From contig CAZXHG010000011.1 of NCBI GenBank assembly GCA_964639985.1, positions 7,871 to 71,870 on the forward strand: DNA of 64,000 nucleotides. Reading direction: 5' to 3'. The notes under the pieces are model-generated. The model made no database searches and was not told where the DNA came from. It saw only the letters and a program-made list of their open reading frames with translations. Below, in pieces: positions 55,198 to 64,000 of this stretch. The position numbers and the translations under genes were made by a program. The stretch's first letter is position 1. Every line of letters begins with the position of its first letter. Source of the stretch: an uncultured Rickettsiales bacterium (GTDB lineage: Bacteria > Myxococcota_A > UBA796 > UBA9615 > CAYRNR01).

Positions 55198-56466
55198 TCA
55201 GCCGAACTTCATCGGCCGGTTGCTGAAGTCGGCGCGGGTCTGCAGGTAGCCGGCGAGCACCTCGTAGACCATCTCGTTGGCGGCCTTGTCCGGGATGTGC
55301 AACAGCGCGGCGACCGCGGTCATCAACTCCTGCTCGCCGGCCTGGAGCCGCCCGTCGACGGCCACCATGTGGGCCAGCTGCCGGAACAGGAAGAATCGCT
55401 CCTCGCCGGCGTTGTCCCGGAGCCAGGCCGCGGTCTCCTCCAGCCGGGCCTGTGCCTGTTCGACCGTCTCGATGCGGTCGATCTGGGCCTCGGGGTCGGA
55501 CGTGAGCGGCAGCAGCAGGTTGATCAGCAGCTGCCACTGATCGTCGGTGATGCCCTCCTCGTCCGAGTGCGCGGCCAGCAGGCCGCCGGCGAGCAGGAAG
55601 TCGCGGGCGTGCACGTCGAGCTCCTTGGTGACCTCGTAGTCGAGAAGCCGTGCGATCCGGGCGATGTCCGCGTCCACGGGCTCGAGGGCGCCGGCGCCGC
55701 CCGACGGGTCGAGCGAGCCGCCGGCCTCGGTGAACAGCTGAAGCGCGCGGACGCGAACCGGGGTGACGGGGTGGCTGAAGGTGGCCAGTACGTCGCGGCG
55801 TTTCATCTTCTGCAGGTCCTCGAGCTGCTCGAGGAACGCAGAGATGTCGAAGCGCAGGTGCTCGGGGCCCAGGCCGCTGGCCAGCTTGAAGAACGCCGAG
55901 ACGATGGTGTCCAGGTCCCCGTCGACGGCCACCAGCCCGGCACGGTCCGCGCTCAGCTCGGCCAGCCGGCTCCAGGTCTGCATGCGCGCGCCGAGCAGGG
56001 GCGGCACGCGGGAGTTGCCGCGCTCGTCCTGGCCGATGGCGTGGTCGATCAGCAGGGCGCGGTAGTGGCGGTAGTGCAGGTGGCCCAGCTCGTGGCCGAG
56101 GGCGAACAGGAGCTCGGCATCGGTCATGCGCTCGACCATGCCCGCGGTCAGGCTGACCACGTGGGGCTGATCTGCGGCCAGCGAGTGCAGGGCGAAGGCG
56201 TTGACCACCGAGTCCGGGGCCACGTACAGCTCGACGGCGTGGTCGAACCGGATGCGTTCGCGTGCCTGGTCGAGCAGTGTGCACAGTCGAGGGGCGAGCA
56301 GCGGCGTGAGCCGCAGCTGAGTGCTCATCACGAACTCGTAGTAGCGGCCGGCCTCACCGGAGCGCTCGAAGTGGTCGATGTGCTCCTCGAGCGCGAACTG
56401 CTCGAACAGGTGGTCGATCAGGGCGCGTTCGGGCTGGAAACGGACCTCGTCGAGGGGGTGGGGCAT
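55198..56466 (-). CDS. M48-family zinc metallopeptidase with C-terminal TerB-like domain
   Basis: HELGHLHYRH HExxH motif plus downstream Glu; C-terminal FLFRQLAHMVAVDGRLQAGE TerB-like block; ATG after GGAGGA. Confidence 0.75.
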   Translation of the reverse strand: MPHPLDEVRFQPERALIDHLFEQFALEEHIDHFERSGEAGRYYEFVMSTQLRLTPLLAPRLCTLLDQARERIRFDHAVELYVAPDSVVNAFALHSLAADQPHVVSLTAGMVERMTDAELLFALGHELGHLHYRHYRALLIDHAIGQDERGNSRVPPLLGARMQTWSRLAELSADRAGLVAVDGDLDTIVSAFFKLASGLGPEHLRFDISAFLEQLEDLQKMKRRDVLATFSHPVTPVRVRALQLFTEAGGSLDPSGGAGALEPVDADIARIARLLDYEVTKELDVHARDFLLAGGLLAAHSDEEGITDDQWQLLINLLLPLTSDPEAQIDRIETVEQAQARLEETAAWLRDNAGEERFFLFRQLAHMVAVDGRLQAGEQELMTAVAALLHIPDKAANEMVYEVLAGYLQTRADFSNRPMKFG

Positions 56467-56822
56467 ACGGATGTCCTCCGGTGCAGGCGCCCATGGTACC
56501 AATGCCCTCGTACGACTGCGCTCCTTGACAGACGCCTGGGAGTCGGGAGGGCAGACCCCGCGGCATCCACCGCAGAGCGTCGTTGTCGTTCCGTACCGTA
56601 CGCGAAGGTGGATTGCCCGCAGGCCGGCCTGAAAGAATCACTCCGTTCCATCGCGTAGAGGGGCATCGCGTTGACGTCCCCAGGATCGTGGCCTGGGCGG
56701 GCATCTGGAACCTGGTTGCTGGCGGGGCCGGTATCGTGATCTTGTCCTGGTACATCGTGGGGCGCTACGGTCTGTTCGCGGACCGGATGGAGAAGCTCGA
56801 CCCGCTGGATTGAAGGGTGGCC

Positions 56823-57284
56823 ATGCCTGATCTGCTGAGTTGCTGTTTCGATCCGGACTTCGAGATGGAGTTCGAGCTGGAACTCCCATCGACTGCCGAG
56901 ATCGGCCTGGCGCGGTGTGCGAGGTGCGGCCGATTCTGGATCCTGTATCTGCGAGTCGACGTGGAATCTGCGTCGACGCTGACACAGCGCCACGCCTGCG
57001 GTGATGACGAGACCGTCGTCGCGGTCATGGTGCAGCTCACGACACCGGAAGCGCGTGCCATGATCCTGCTCCACGATAACCTGCCCCCCACCGAGGCGCT
57101 CGAACGCATCGGGAGGACGCGGCTCGAACCTCGTCCCCACCTCTTCTTCCGCACTGCCCAGTGCCAGGCCCAGGCTACTGTATGTGATCTCCGGGCGCTT
57201 GCCTCGGAGCTGGAGTACTCGCAGGTCTTCGAACCGGACGACCCGGAGCAATCGTTCGAGCTGGGGAGTGTCTGGCTGGGATGA
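56823..57284 (+). CDS. hypothetical Cys-containing small protein
   Basis: ATG after GAAGGGTGG; CC...CARCGRFW; stop overlaps the phosphatase start. Confidence 0.45.
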   Translation: MPDLLSCCFDPDFEMEFELELPSTAEIGLARCARCGRFWILYLRVDVESASTLTQRHACGDDETVVAVMVQLTTPEARAMILLHDNLPPTEALERIGRTRLEPRPHLFFRTAQCQAQATVCDLRALASELEYSQVFEPDDPEQSFELGSVWLG

Positions 57285-58069
57285 CGCGTCTCATCGCCAT
57301 CGGTGACGTACACGGCTGCCGCGACGAGCTCGAGCTGCTACTCGACCGGCTCTCGCTCGCGTCGGATGACCGCCTGGTCTTTCTCGGGGACCTGATCGAC
57401 CGCGGCCCCTACCCGCTGGATGTGCTCCGGCGCGTGAAGCAGCTCACCGACGAACACCCTCGCTCCGCCTCGCTGCTGGGGAACCACGAGTACAAGTGGA
57501 TGCGGCGGCTTCGCAGGGGGCGGCCGCTCCCTAACGACGACCTGCAATCGGCCACTCCCGAGGAACTGGACTGGCTCGTGCAGCGCCCGCTGTTCGCACG
57601 CGAGCGTTCCAGGGATCTCGTGTTCGTGCACGCCGGCTTCGCCACGAGCTACTTCCGGCACTACGGTTCCCTGCCCGAGGACCCCGAGGAGCTGGAGTCC
57701 GCCCCTCGCAAGCAGCGCGATCGTGCCAGCCGGTTCGTGTACATCCGGCACCTGACCCCGGGGGGCGACATGGTGAGCCTGGGCCAGGAGACCGCAGAGA
57801 CGCCCTACTGGGCCGAGGTCTACGACGGCTGCGAGGGGTTCGCATGTTTCGGTCACGAGATCTTCATGGACGACGCACCGCGCCGTTTTCCCCACGCGCT
57901 CGGGCTCGACGGGGGCTGCGTGTTCGGCGGTGAACTGCTCGCCGCGGTCTGGGAAGGGGATGTAGAGCCCGATCGACCTCGGATCGTGCGGCAGGCGGCG
58001 CTGGACGTGTATGCCGAGCTGCGGGATCTGCACGGGCCCCTCGATGGCCGCGGGGGCCGTGGACCGTGA
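57281..58069 (+). CDS. PPP-family metallophosphoesterase (Ser/Thr phosphatase / ApaH-like)
   Basis: GDVHGC, GDLIDRGP, GNHE motifs. Confidence 0.8.
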   Translation: MTRLIAIGDVHGCRDELELLLDRLSLASDDRLVFLGDLIDRGPYPLDVLRRVKQLTDEHPRSASLLGNHEYKWMRRLRRGRPLPNDDLQSATPEELDWLVQRPLFARERSRDLVFVHAGFATSYFRHYGSLPEDPEELESAPRKQRDRASRFVYIRHLTPGGDMVSLGQETAETPYWAEVYDGCEGFACFGHEIFMDDAPRRFPHALGLDGGCVFGGELLAAVWEGDVEPDRPRIVRQAALDVYAELRDLHGPLDGRGGRGP

Positions 58070-58821
58070 TCCGGCAGGAGGGCCCTGCCGTCCAGCATCA
58101 CCAGGTCTCGGCCGGGCTTGTCCGGTTTCCCATCCCTGCGCTCGGGTATGCCTGTGTCGTGGCCTGGTTCTTCCTGGAGCTGATCCTGCCGTTCCAGGTC
58201 GAGGCCGTCGATCTGGTCGTCCCAGGACTGCAACTCGCACGGACCCCCACCGACGAGTGGCGACCGTCGGCCATGATGTACTTCAACCATGCCAGGGTGC
58301 TGGCCTGCATCCCTCTGTTCGTGCTCGGTACGTGGATGGCGACGGCGTGGGCGTGTCGGGGGAGCGGATTGTCGCGATCCTGGGTGGTCCGCGTGTGCCG
58401 CACGGCGGCCAGGGCTGCCTGTGTGGTGATCGCAGCCGAGTCGATCTTCTGGGCCCTGGGTAGCGACCGACGGCTTCTGCTGGGTGATGCCGAGTGGAAC
58501 GGCGTTGCCGTGCTCGCAGCGCTCGTGGCCTCGTGCTGGTTCTTGGGGATGATGCTGTACACCGCCCGGCTGGTCGGAACGGCGCGTGCTTCAGCGTGGT
58601 TGATGATGGTGTGGTTCGCTCAGGTGGCCTGGCTCCTGCTCGGATCCACGGCGTCCCATGCGCTGGTGATGGCATCGCGTGGAGGTAGTGGATGGCCTCC
58701 GTTGGGGCAGATCGCCGTGGTCGACAGTCTGGCAGCCACCATGTTGTTCGTGGCCTTCGTTCATTCGTGTGCGATGGCGTACGGGGTGATCGGTGATCGG
58801 ATCGTCGATCCGGTCCCCTGA
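58066..58821 (+). CDS. hypothetical polytopic membrane protein
   Basis: GTGA overlap with the phosphatase; ~6 hydrophobic segments. Confidence 0.45.
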   Translation: MIRQEGPAVQHHQVSAGLVRFPIPALGYACVVAWFFLELILPFQVEAVDLVVPGLQLARTPTDEWRPSAMMYFNHARVLACIPLFVLGTWMATAWACRGSGLSRSWVVRVCRTAARAACVVIAAESIFWALGSDRRLLLGDAEWNGVAVLAALVASCWFLGMMLYTARLVGTARASAWLMMVWFAQVAWLLLGSTASHALVMASRGGSGWPPLGQIAVVDSLAATMLFVAFVHSCAMAYGVIGDRIVDPVP

Positions 58822-59244
58822 CAGTGGTGATCGCCGTCGAGCAGTGCATCGAGGTCGACCAAGATGTCGTGCGTTCGGTGTTCGACGGCGGAGACACCGG
58901 TGTCGTGGACCGTGGCCTTCAGCACGCCCGCCTCGACCACCCCCTCACCACCATGTTGCGTGTCCAGGGCGAGACAGCTTGGGGTGAACACCAGGGATGG
59001 GAGCAGGAACACGGAGGAACAGCGTCGCTGGACTCGGGTGGGCGTATAGCTGGCGAACATCGGCCCTGGATGATCTGATCCAGTGGCGCGTCGACCAGCG
59101 GGAACGGCGACGTCGGGTAATGGTGCGCGCGGGAGTGGGGACCGTGGTGGGGGTGGTGATCGCCCTCGGAGAAGGCGTGGGATGCCCTCCCTGATGTCCG
59201 GTCGACGATCGCAGTAGGATCGGTGGTCCAGCGAAGGGAGCACC

Positions 59245-61329
59245 GTGAGCCGCGTCCGCTACGAGTTCGTCCCGTGGGGATACGTCCTGGAGCCCCGTGC
59301 CGGCGTCGTCGCGATCGACGTGGGGAACAAGATGGTCCCCGGCGTGATCGACCACCACCAGGCATCGTGTGACTACGGGTGCGCGGCCTCCTTGCTGGTG
59401 AGGCGACCCGACCTGGTCCTCGAGCACAAGCGAGCCCACCCGACCACGCGCCTGACCCTGGTCATGCATCGCCACCCGGACTTCGACTGCGTGGTCAGCG
59501 CGATGCTGGCCCAGGCGCTGTGGTTCGACGGTGAGCTGCCGCTCGAGGTGGAGCCGCTCGCCGAGTTCGCGCGTCAGGTCGATTCGGCGACGGTTCCCAG
59601 GTCGATGCCGCTGGGAGACTCGTTGCACACGGTCTATCTGGCGCTGGGCGAGATCCTGGCCCAGCAGCACCGAGGTGACGCGGGCGAGCTGTTCGTGGCG
59701 CAGGTGGAACGGGGGCTGAAGCTCGTACGCTACGCCGTGCAGAAGTACCGCTCTGCCCGGGCGCGGGGCCGTGCCCGGGATTTCGCTTACCACGCACCCC
59801 ACCTGTTCAACGGTCGCCACCCGTTCCGCGAGGAGGTGGCGTACCTGCGGGCGGACCACGAGCGCTACGAGGCCGACCTGCGGCGCGGTGAGGTGAATCG
59901 TGTGTCGGTCCTTCATGCGGACGAGGACCGTCTGGTCGAGGTGGACTCACTTCGGTTGACCGATCCGCAGAGCGCGCTGTTCAAGTACTTCGCCCGGGCG
60001 GACGTCGGCAACAGTCCGGGCGGTCGTGGTTTCCCCCTGACCCACGTGGTCTTCGCGGATGTGCTGGAGGATGGCGATCGTCACGTCATTTCCACGGATC
60101 CGGAGGCGCGCCTGTCCCTGCGCGGTCTCGGCAAGGCCCTCGAAGAAGAGGAGACAGCAGCACGGCTGTTGTCCGGCCACCCTCGCGGAGGCGTTCCCCG
60201 CTGGCCAGACGTGGACAACGGTGATCCGTGGTACGACGGCCGCGGTCCCCTGCACAGGTACACCATCGTCGACAGCCCCCGCGCGGGATCCGTGCTGGAC
60301 ACGCTGCACGTCGAGGCTGTTCTCCGTCGCCCGACCACGGACCCGGACTCGTGGCAACAGCGGGGTCTCCGGCGAGCCCAGTGGCTCTGCCTCGGTTGCG
60401 GGACGCCGACCGACGAGGAAGGGGAGTGCTCGCTCCACGGTGAGGACCGCCTGCCCACGGTCGTCTCCAGCTACGAGATCCAGGGCCAGATCGGTGAGGG
60501 TGGGATGGGTCGCGTGTACCTGGTGCTGGACCGCGTGCGTGCACGCCCCGCGGCCATGAAGGTCGTCCGCGCGGAGATCCTCGCGAACCCGGCCGTGGCC
60601 GAGCGGTTCCTCAAGGAGATCCGTCTCGCCAGCGCGCACGTGCACGCCAACCTCATCGACACCTACGATCGGGGCATGGACGACAGGATCGGCCTGTGGG
60701 TCGTGATGGAGTTCCTGCGCGGGCAGGACCTGCGGCACGTGCTGCGCGACTGGCAGGAGAGCCACCCGGGTCGCCCCTTCCCGCCCAGCGCCACCGTGGG
60801 CATCTTCACGCAGATCTGCAGGGGGCTCGATGCCCTGCACCGGCGTGGCATCGTGCACTGCGACCTCAAGCCCTCCAACGTGTTCATCACGCGGGACGAC
60901 GCTGGCTGGCCGCGGGTCAAGCTGCTGGACTTCGGGTGCGCGGATCAGCTGTGGATGCTTGCCGGGCAGGATGAGCGCGACGTGCTGGTGACGGGCACGA
61001 TCCCGTACATGGCGCCCGAGGCGTTCGAGGGGGAGCGGCGTACGGGGACCGACGTCTATGCGCTGGGCTGCATGCTGTTGCAGGCCCTCACGGGCCGCGT
61101 TCCGCACGTGAAGTCCGGTGATGACTCCGAACCCGTGTCCGCGCTGGTCGAGCGCCGCAGGGGTGGCGCCCCCGACCTGTCCGGCATCGCCGCGTCCGCG
61201 AACCGACGGGTCGCCAACCTCGTTCGAGATGCCCTGGTGGCCGACCCGCGGCGTCGCATCCAGGATGTGCAGGTGTTCAGCCGTCGCCTGATGCGGGCGT
61301 ACGACCGTTCGGCCGATGGGTGGCGGTGA
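59245..61329 (+). CDS. Ser/Thr protein kinase with ~400-aa N-terminal domain carrying DHH-phosphoesterase-like motifs and a zinc ribbon
   Basis: GTG start after GAAGGGAG; N-terminal VIDHHQ and HRHPDFDCVVSAMLAQAL; WLCLGCG...ECSLHG; kinase GxGxxG IGEGGMGRVY, HCDLKPSN, DFG, APE. Confidence 0.8.
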   Translation: MSRVRYEFVPWGYVLEPRAGVVAIDVGNKMVPGVIDHHQASCDYGCAASLLVRRPDLVLEHKRAHPTTRLTLVMHRHPDFDCVVSAMLAQALWFDGELPLEVEPLAEFARQVDSATVPRSMPLGDSLHTVYLALGEILAQQHRGDAGELFVAQVERGLKLVRYAVQKYRSARARGRARDFAYHAPHLFNGRHPFREEVAYLRADHERYEADLRRGEVNRVSVLHADEDRLVEVDSLRLTDPQSALFKYFARADVGNSPGGRGFPLTHVVFADVLEDGDRHVISTDPEARLSLRGLGKALEEEETAARLLSGHPRGGVPRWPDVDNGDPWYDGRGPLHRYTIVDSPRAGSVLDTLHVEAVLRRPTTDPDSWQQRGLRRAQWLCLGCGTPTDEEGECSLHGEDRLPTVVSSYEIQGQIGEGGMGRVYLVLDRVRARPAAMKVVRAEILANPAVAERFLKEIRLASAHVHANLIDTYDRGMDDRIGLWVVMEFLRGQDLRHVLRDWQESHPGRPFPPSATVGIFTQICRGLDALHRRGIVHCDLKPSNVFITRDDAGWPRVKLLDFGCADQLWMLAGQDERDVLVTGTIPYMAPEAFEGERRTGTDVYALGCMLLQALTGRVPHVKSGDDSEPVSALVERRRGGAPDLSGIAASANRRVANLVRDALVADPRRRIQDVQVFSRRLMRAYDRSADGWR

Positions 61330-61362
61330 GGCGGGGGGAAGGTGGACGCGCACCCGTGTCTC

Positions 61363-64000
61363 TCAGGTCCCCAGGAGCGTCTCCACGACGATCCTCGCCA
61401 CGTCCTCGCTGCGCAGCACGTGTCTCGTCAGCGGATCCACCAGGAGGGCGGACCCGCGTCGCGGGATCGAGTCGAGCACGAAAGCGTGCTCGAGATCACA
61501 TTCGGGGCAGGTCGCCAGTACGAGCCACGGGTCGAGGTCGGCCCGGGTGCCGTCTGGCCACTCGTGCAGGAGGTGCGGTCCGCGGTCGGGGCGATGCGCG
61601 CGATGGAACTCCCCGGCCGCAAAGACCGGATCCTCCTCGCCGAGACGGGCGAGCGCGGCTGCCAGCTCGTGGAGCCTCTCGATGGCCTGCTCGTCGACCA
61701 TGCCGGGGAACCGCCGGGCCTCGGTGAACCACCGGATCCAGGGCTCGGCGAGCTCACCGAGTCGGGTGTCCCTGTCGGGGATCCCGGACCATGAGCCCAG
61801 GTGCTGCAGGAGGTTCAGCCGACGGCTCGGGACCGCCCGCTGCTGCAGTGCCTGCAGGATGAAGCTTCCGTGCTCGGACGGGCCACCTGCGCACGCCACG
61901 TGGTGTGCCAGCTCGGTGACGAATGCATGATCGAGTGCGCCGCGGAGCAGGTCCTGTGTCCGCAGCAGGATCTCCCGGGGCGCGGGATTGCTCTCGACGG
62001 CCTCGGACCAGCGGCGAGCCAGTTGCGAGAGGTGCGGCAGATCGGCGCGGTACGCGACCTGGGCACCGGGGACCGTCCGGACGATCGACGACACGGGAGG
62101 CAGAGGATGGCCGCCAGCGGTGGATTCGGATGGGGCGGTTCGCGTTCGTTCACCACGACAGGTCTCCCGGAATCCCCCTTCGTTCCGCGTCCCGGGCACG
62201 GTTCGCTGGCGACCATCTCCAGCATGAACGTAGGTCCACTGCCTTCCAGACCAGCGTTCGTAGAGCAGCAGCGGAGCGCCGGCGCCCGGCCATTCGTCGA
62301 ACAGGACGAAGGGCCGGAGACTGATCGGTTCGTTCTCGCCCCAGCGGAAGAACACCTCTCCGGGGCTTGCGGTGCTCGTGAACGGACGCACCACGGGATC
62401 GTCGAGGCGCGGACGAGGACCGCGTAGCCGGAGGAACGTCGATCCGGCTTCATCCCGGTACTGGTAGACCAGCAGTTCTGCACCTGTCAGTGCGTCGAGC
62501 AGTTCGAGGTACTCCGAGGCCAGCTGCAGGAAGTCCGTGAGCGTCTTCTCGGCCTCGTCCTGGTGTGGGGCCCCACCGTGCGCCAGCTGGTTCCGGGTAT
62601 GGACCAGCCGGCTGGCCTTCTCCGCCAGACCGCGGCCGATTCTCCCTCGTGCGAGGTCGGCGAGGTCGGGGAACGCGACCTGTGCGCCCTCGCGGTCGGC
62701 AGCTCGGTAGTATGCCAGCGGCAGCTGGGCCCACACGCCCATGGATGGGCGCCGTAGCTGGTCGAATATTCGAGGTGGTGGGAAGCCCGTGTGGAGCGAA
62801 TCGCACGCGGCCAGAACACCCACGAACTTCATCGCGTTCGCCACGGCCCCGACGAGCCACCAGGTGAGCCCCAGCGGCGAGTCGAAGTGCGCCGATTCCT
62901 CGATCACCCCGGCGACGGTCGAGGGCATCTGGCGGAGACGGTAGAGGAACGATGTGAGCCGGGCTCCTGATCCGCTCATCTCGCCCAGCCGGCCAACCAG
63001 CAGGCCGTCGACGAGGTCGCGGTGGTCCACGCGCTGCTCCTGCATGCTGGCCGCCAGCGAGGCGATGTGGTTCCACTCCTGGCCCGCAGCCACTCCCTCC
63101 ACCAGGGACAGCGCCGCCTCGGTCGCCCCCGATGCTGCACAGTGCGCCAGTCCATGTCGGGCCAGGTAGTCGCGGGCGACGTGTCCCTCGCGCAGCTGGG
63201 CCCAATCCGCCGACAGGTTGCAGTACTCGGCCGACGCGAGCTGTCCCTGCAGGCGCATTCGCGCGGACTCGCGCACGTGCATGCGGAAGGTGAGGTGATA
63301 GGGCTCCACGCCCAGCTGCTCACCCGAAGACATCGGCGTCCAGCGGAGCATGGCGGAGACGGTCCTCAGGCCTTCGTCGAGGATCTCGCTCCCCGCCTCG
63401 TCGTCGACGAGCACCTTGCGCCGCACCATCAGGCATTCGAGCACCTCCCTTGCCAGGGGCGCGCGGGCCCAGGCGACCGTGGTCACCAGCGGGGTGAGCA
63501 ACGCCTGCAGGTCTCCGAGGGACATGCGGTGGAGCAGATCGTCGTAGTAGTCGTCGAGACTGGGGGGGAGCCTGGATGCGAGATCGGCGACCGACAGGTG
63601 ACCTGCGAGCAGGTCCTGCACCACGAAACGCACGTAGAGCGGAAGACCGCGGGCATGCCTGGCGACCTCGTCGACCAGCCGGTTCTCGACCTCCTCCCGG
63701 TCGGGGATGTCCACGTCGGCCCGCAGCAGCTCGTACTTCAACCTGCCCGTACCCTCGACGAGCATCGCCCGGATGTCGCCGGGATCCATGGGGCCGAGCC
63801 CATCCTCGAAGACGTGCTTGCAGCGGTCCCTGGCGTAGATCGAGGGCAGGTCACCTTCCGGTCTCCCGGCGCAGAGCCACACGACGTTGGGGCCTCCGAG
63901 CTCGAAGGGCAGTCGGGCGACTCCCGGGTCGATACGCGAGATCTCGTCGAGCCCGTCGAGGACGAACAGCGCGCGGGGTGGGCGAGCCCTCGGGTCCGGG
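61363..64000 (-). CDS. STAND (NACHT/NB-ARC-type) NTPase, 5' end beyond the window
   Basis: the in-frame reading continues upstream of the GTG at 63882 to the window edge and encodes the Walker B block ALFVLDGLDE; GxP motif GLPLYV; ~600-aa C-terminal region of unknown function. Confidence 0.7.
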   Translation of the reverse strand, partial: PDPRARPPRALFVLDGLDEISRIDPGVARLPFELGGPNVVWLCAGRPEGDLPSIYARDRCKHVFEDGLGPMDPGDIRAMLVEGTGRLKYELLRADVDIPDREEVENRLVDEVARHARGLPLYVRFVVQDLLAGHLSVADLASRLPPSLDDYYDDLLHRMSLGDLQALLTPLVTTVAWARAPLAREVLECLMVRRKVLVDDEAGSEILDEGLRTVSAMLRWTPMSSGEQLGVEPYHLTFRMHVRESARMRLQGQLASAEYCNLSADWAQLREGHVARDYLARHGLAHCAASGATEAALSLVEGVAAGQEWNHIASLAASMQEQRVDHRDLVDGLLVGRLGEMSGSGARLTSFLYRLRQMPSTVAGVIEESAHFDSPLGLTWWLVGAVANAMKFVGVLAACDSLHTGFPPPRIFDQLRRPSMGVWAQLPLAYYRAADREGAQVAFPDLADLARGRIGRGLAEKASRLVHTRNQLAHGGAPHQDEAEKTLTDFLQLASEYLELLDALTGAELLVYQYRDEAGSTFLRLRGPRPRLDDPVVRPFTSTASPGEVFFRWGENEPISLRPFVLFDEWPGAGAPLLLYERWSGRQWTYVHAGDGRQRTVPGTRNEGGFRETCRGERTRTAPSESTAGGHPLPPVSSIVRTVPGAQVAYRADLPHLSQLARRWSEAVESNPAPREILLRTQDLLRGALDHAFVTELAHHVACAGGPSEHGSFILQALQQRAVPSRRLNLLQHLGSWSGIPDRDTRLGELAEPWIRWFTEARRFPGMVDEQAIERLHELAAALARLGEEDPVFAAGEFHRAHRPDRGPHLLHEWPDGTRADLDPWLVLATCPECDLEHAFVLDSIPRRGSALLVDPLTRHVLRSEDVARIVVETLLGT

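Noticed and set aside
58945-59916. 323-aa minus-strand ORF
   Set aside because: Antisense to the N-terminal domain of the kinase at 59245-61329, with no motifs. The kinase frame has the coherent domain structure.

Overview
This 64-kb window has roughly 68-70% GC and looks like a myxobacterial (Myxococcota) chromosome segment. Evidence for that placement: a MYXO-CTERM-type sorting tail on a secreted lipase, a Ser/Thr-kinase-FGE fusion, many two-component and sigma-54 regulators, and strongly GC3-biased codons. I call about 47 protein-coding genes and no rRNA, tRNA or CRISPR; many long ORFs in the track are antisense or out-of-frame artefacts of the high GC. Gene content in order: an orphan gamma-class N6-adenine methyltransferase and a GltP-type symporter; an FHA sensor kinase diverging from a decarboxylase / B12-radical-SAM / MFS exporter cassette; an IS200-like Y1 (RAYT-like) transposase next to a repeat-rich spacer; a REC-EAL plus PAS hybrid kinase operon; a TetR gene with twin palindromic operators upstream of a secreted SGNH hydrolase; a phosphorelay block of RR(Cys4), Hpt, RR-HK, a REC gene frameshifted onto a PilT remnant and a 1067-aa hybrid kinase; an STK-FGE fusion; a sigma-54 activator with a degenerate GAFTGA loop; a three-gene minus-strand unit of a TonB_C protein, a membrane TPR-STAND NTPase and a STAND / LOG-like / nucleotidyl-cyclase fusion; an rRNA methyltransferase, a thiolase and a GT39 glycosyltransferase; a six-gene coupled operon of acyl-CoA synthetase, PhaC-like protein, lipoprotein, alpha/beta hydrolase, OM barrel and paralogous lipoprotein; a second PHA-like locus of PhaR, a MYXO-CTERM lipase and a Cys-lipase-box hydrolase; an M48-TerB peptidase; a PPP phosphatase trio; and a Ser/Thr kinase with an unusual N-terminal domain converging on a STAND NTPase that runs off the window edge. 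The strongest candidate for an undescribed system is the 28.1-35.8 kb STAND-cyclase module. Start coordinates were derived from the ORF track by arithmetic and may be off by about 1 nt where alternative starts exist.
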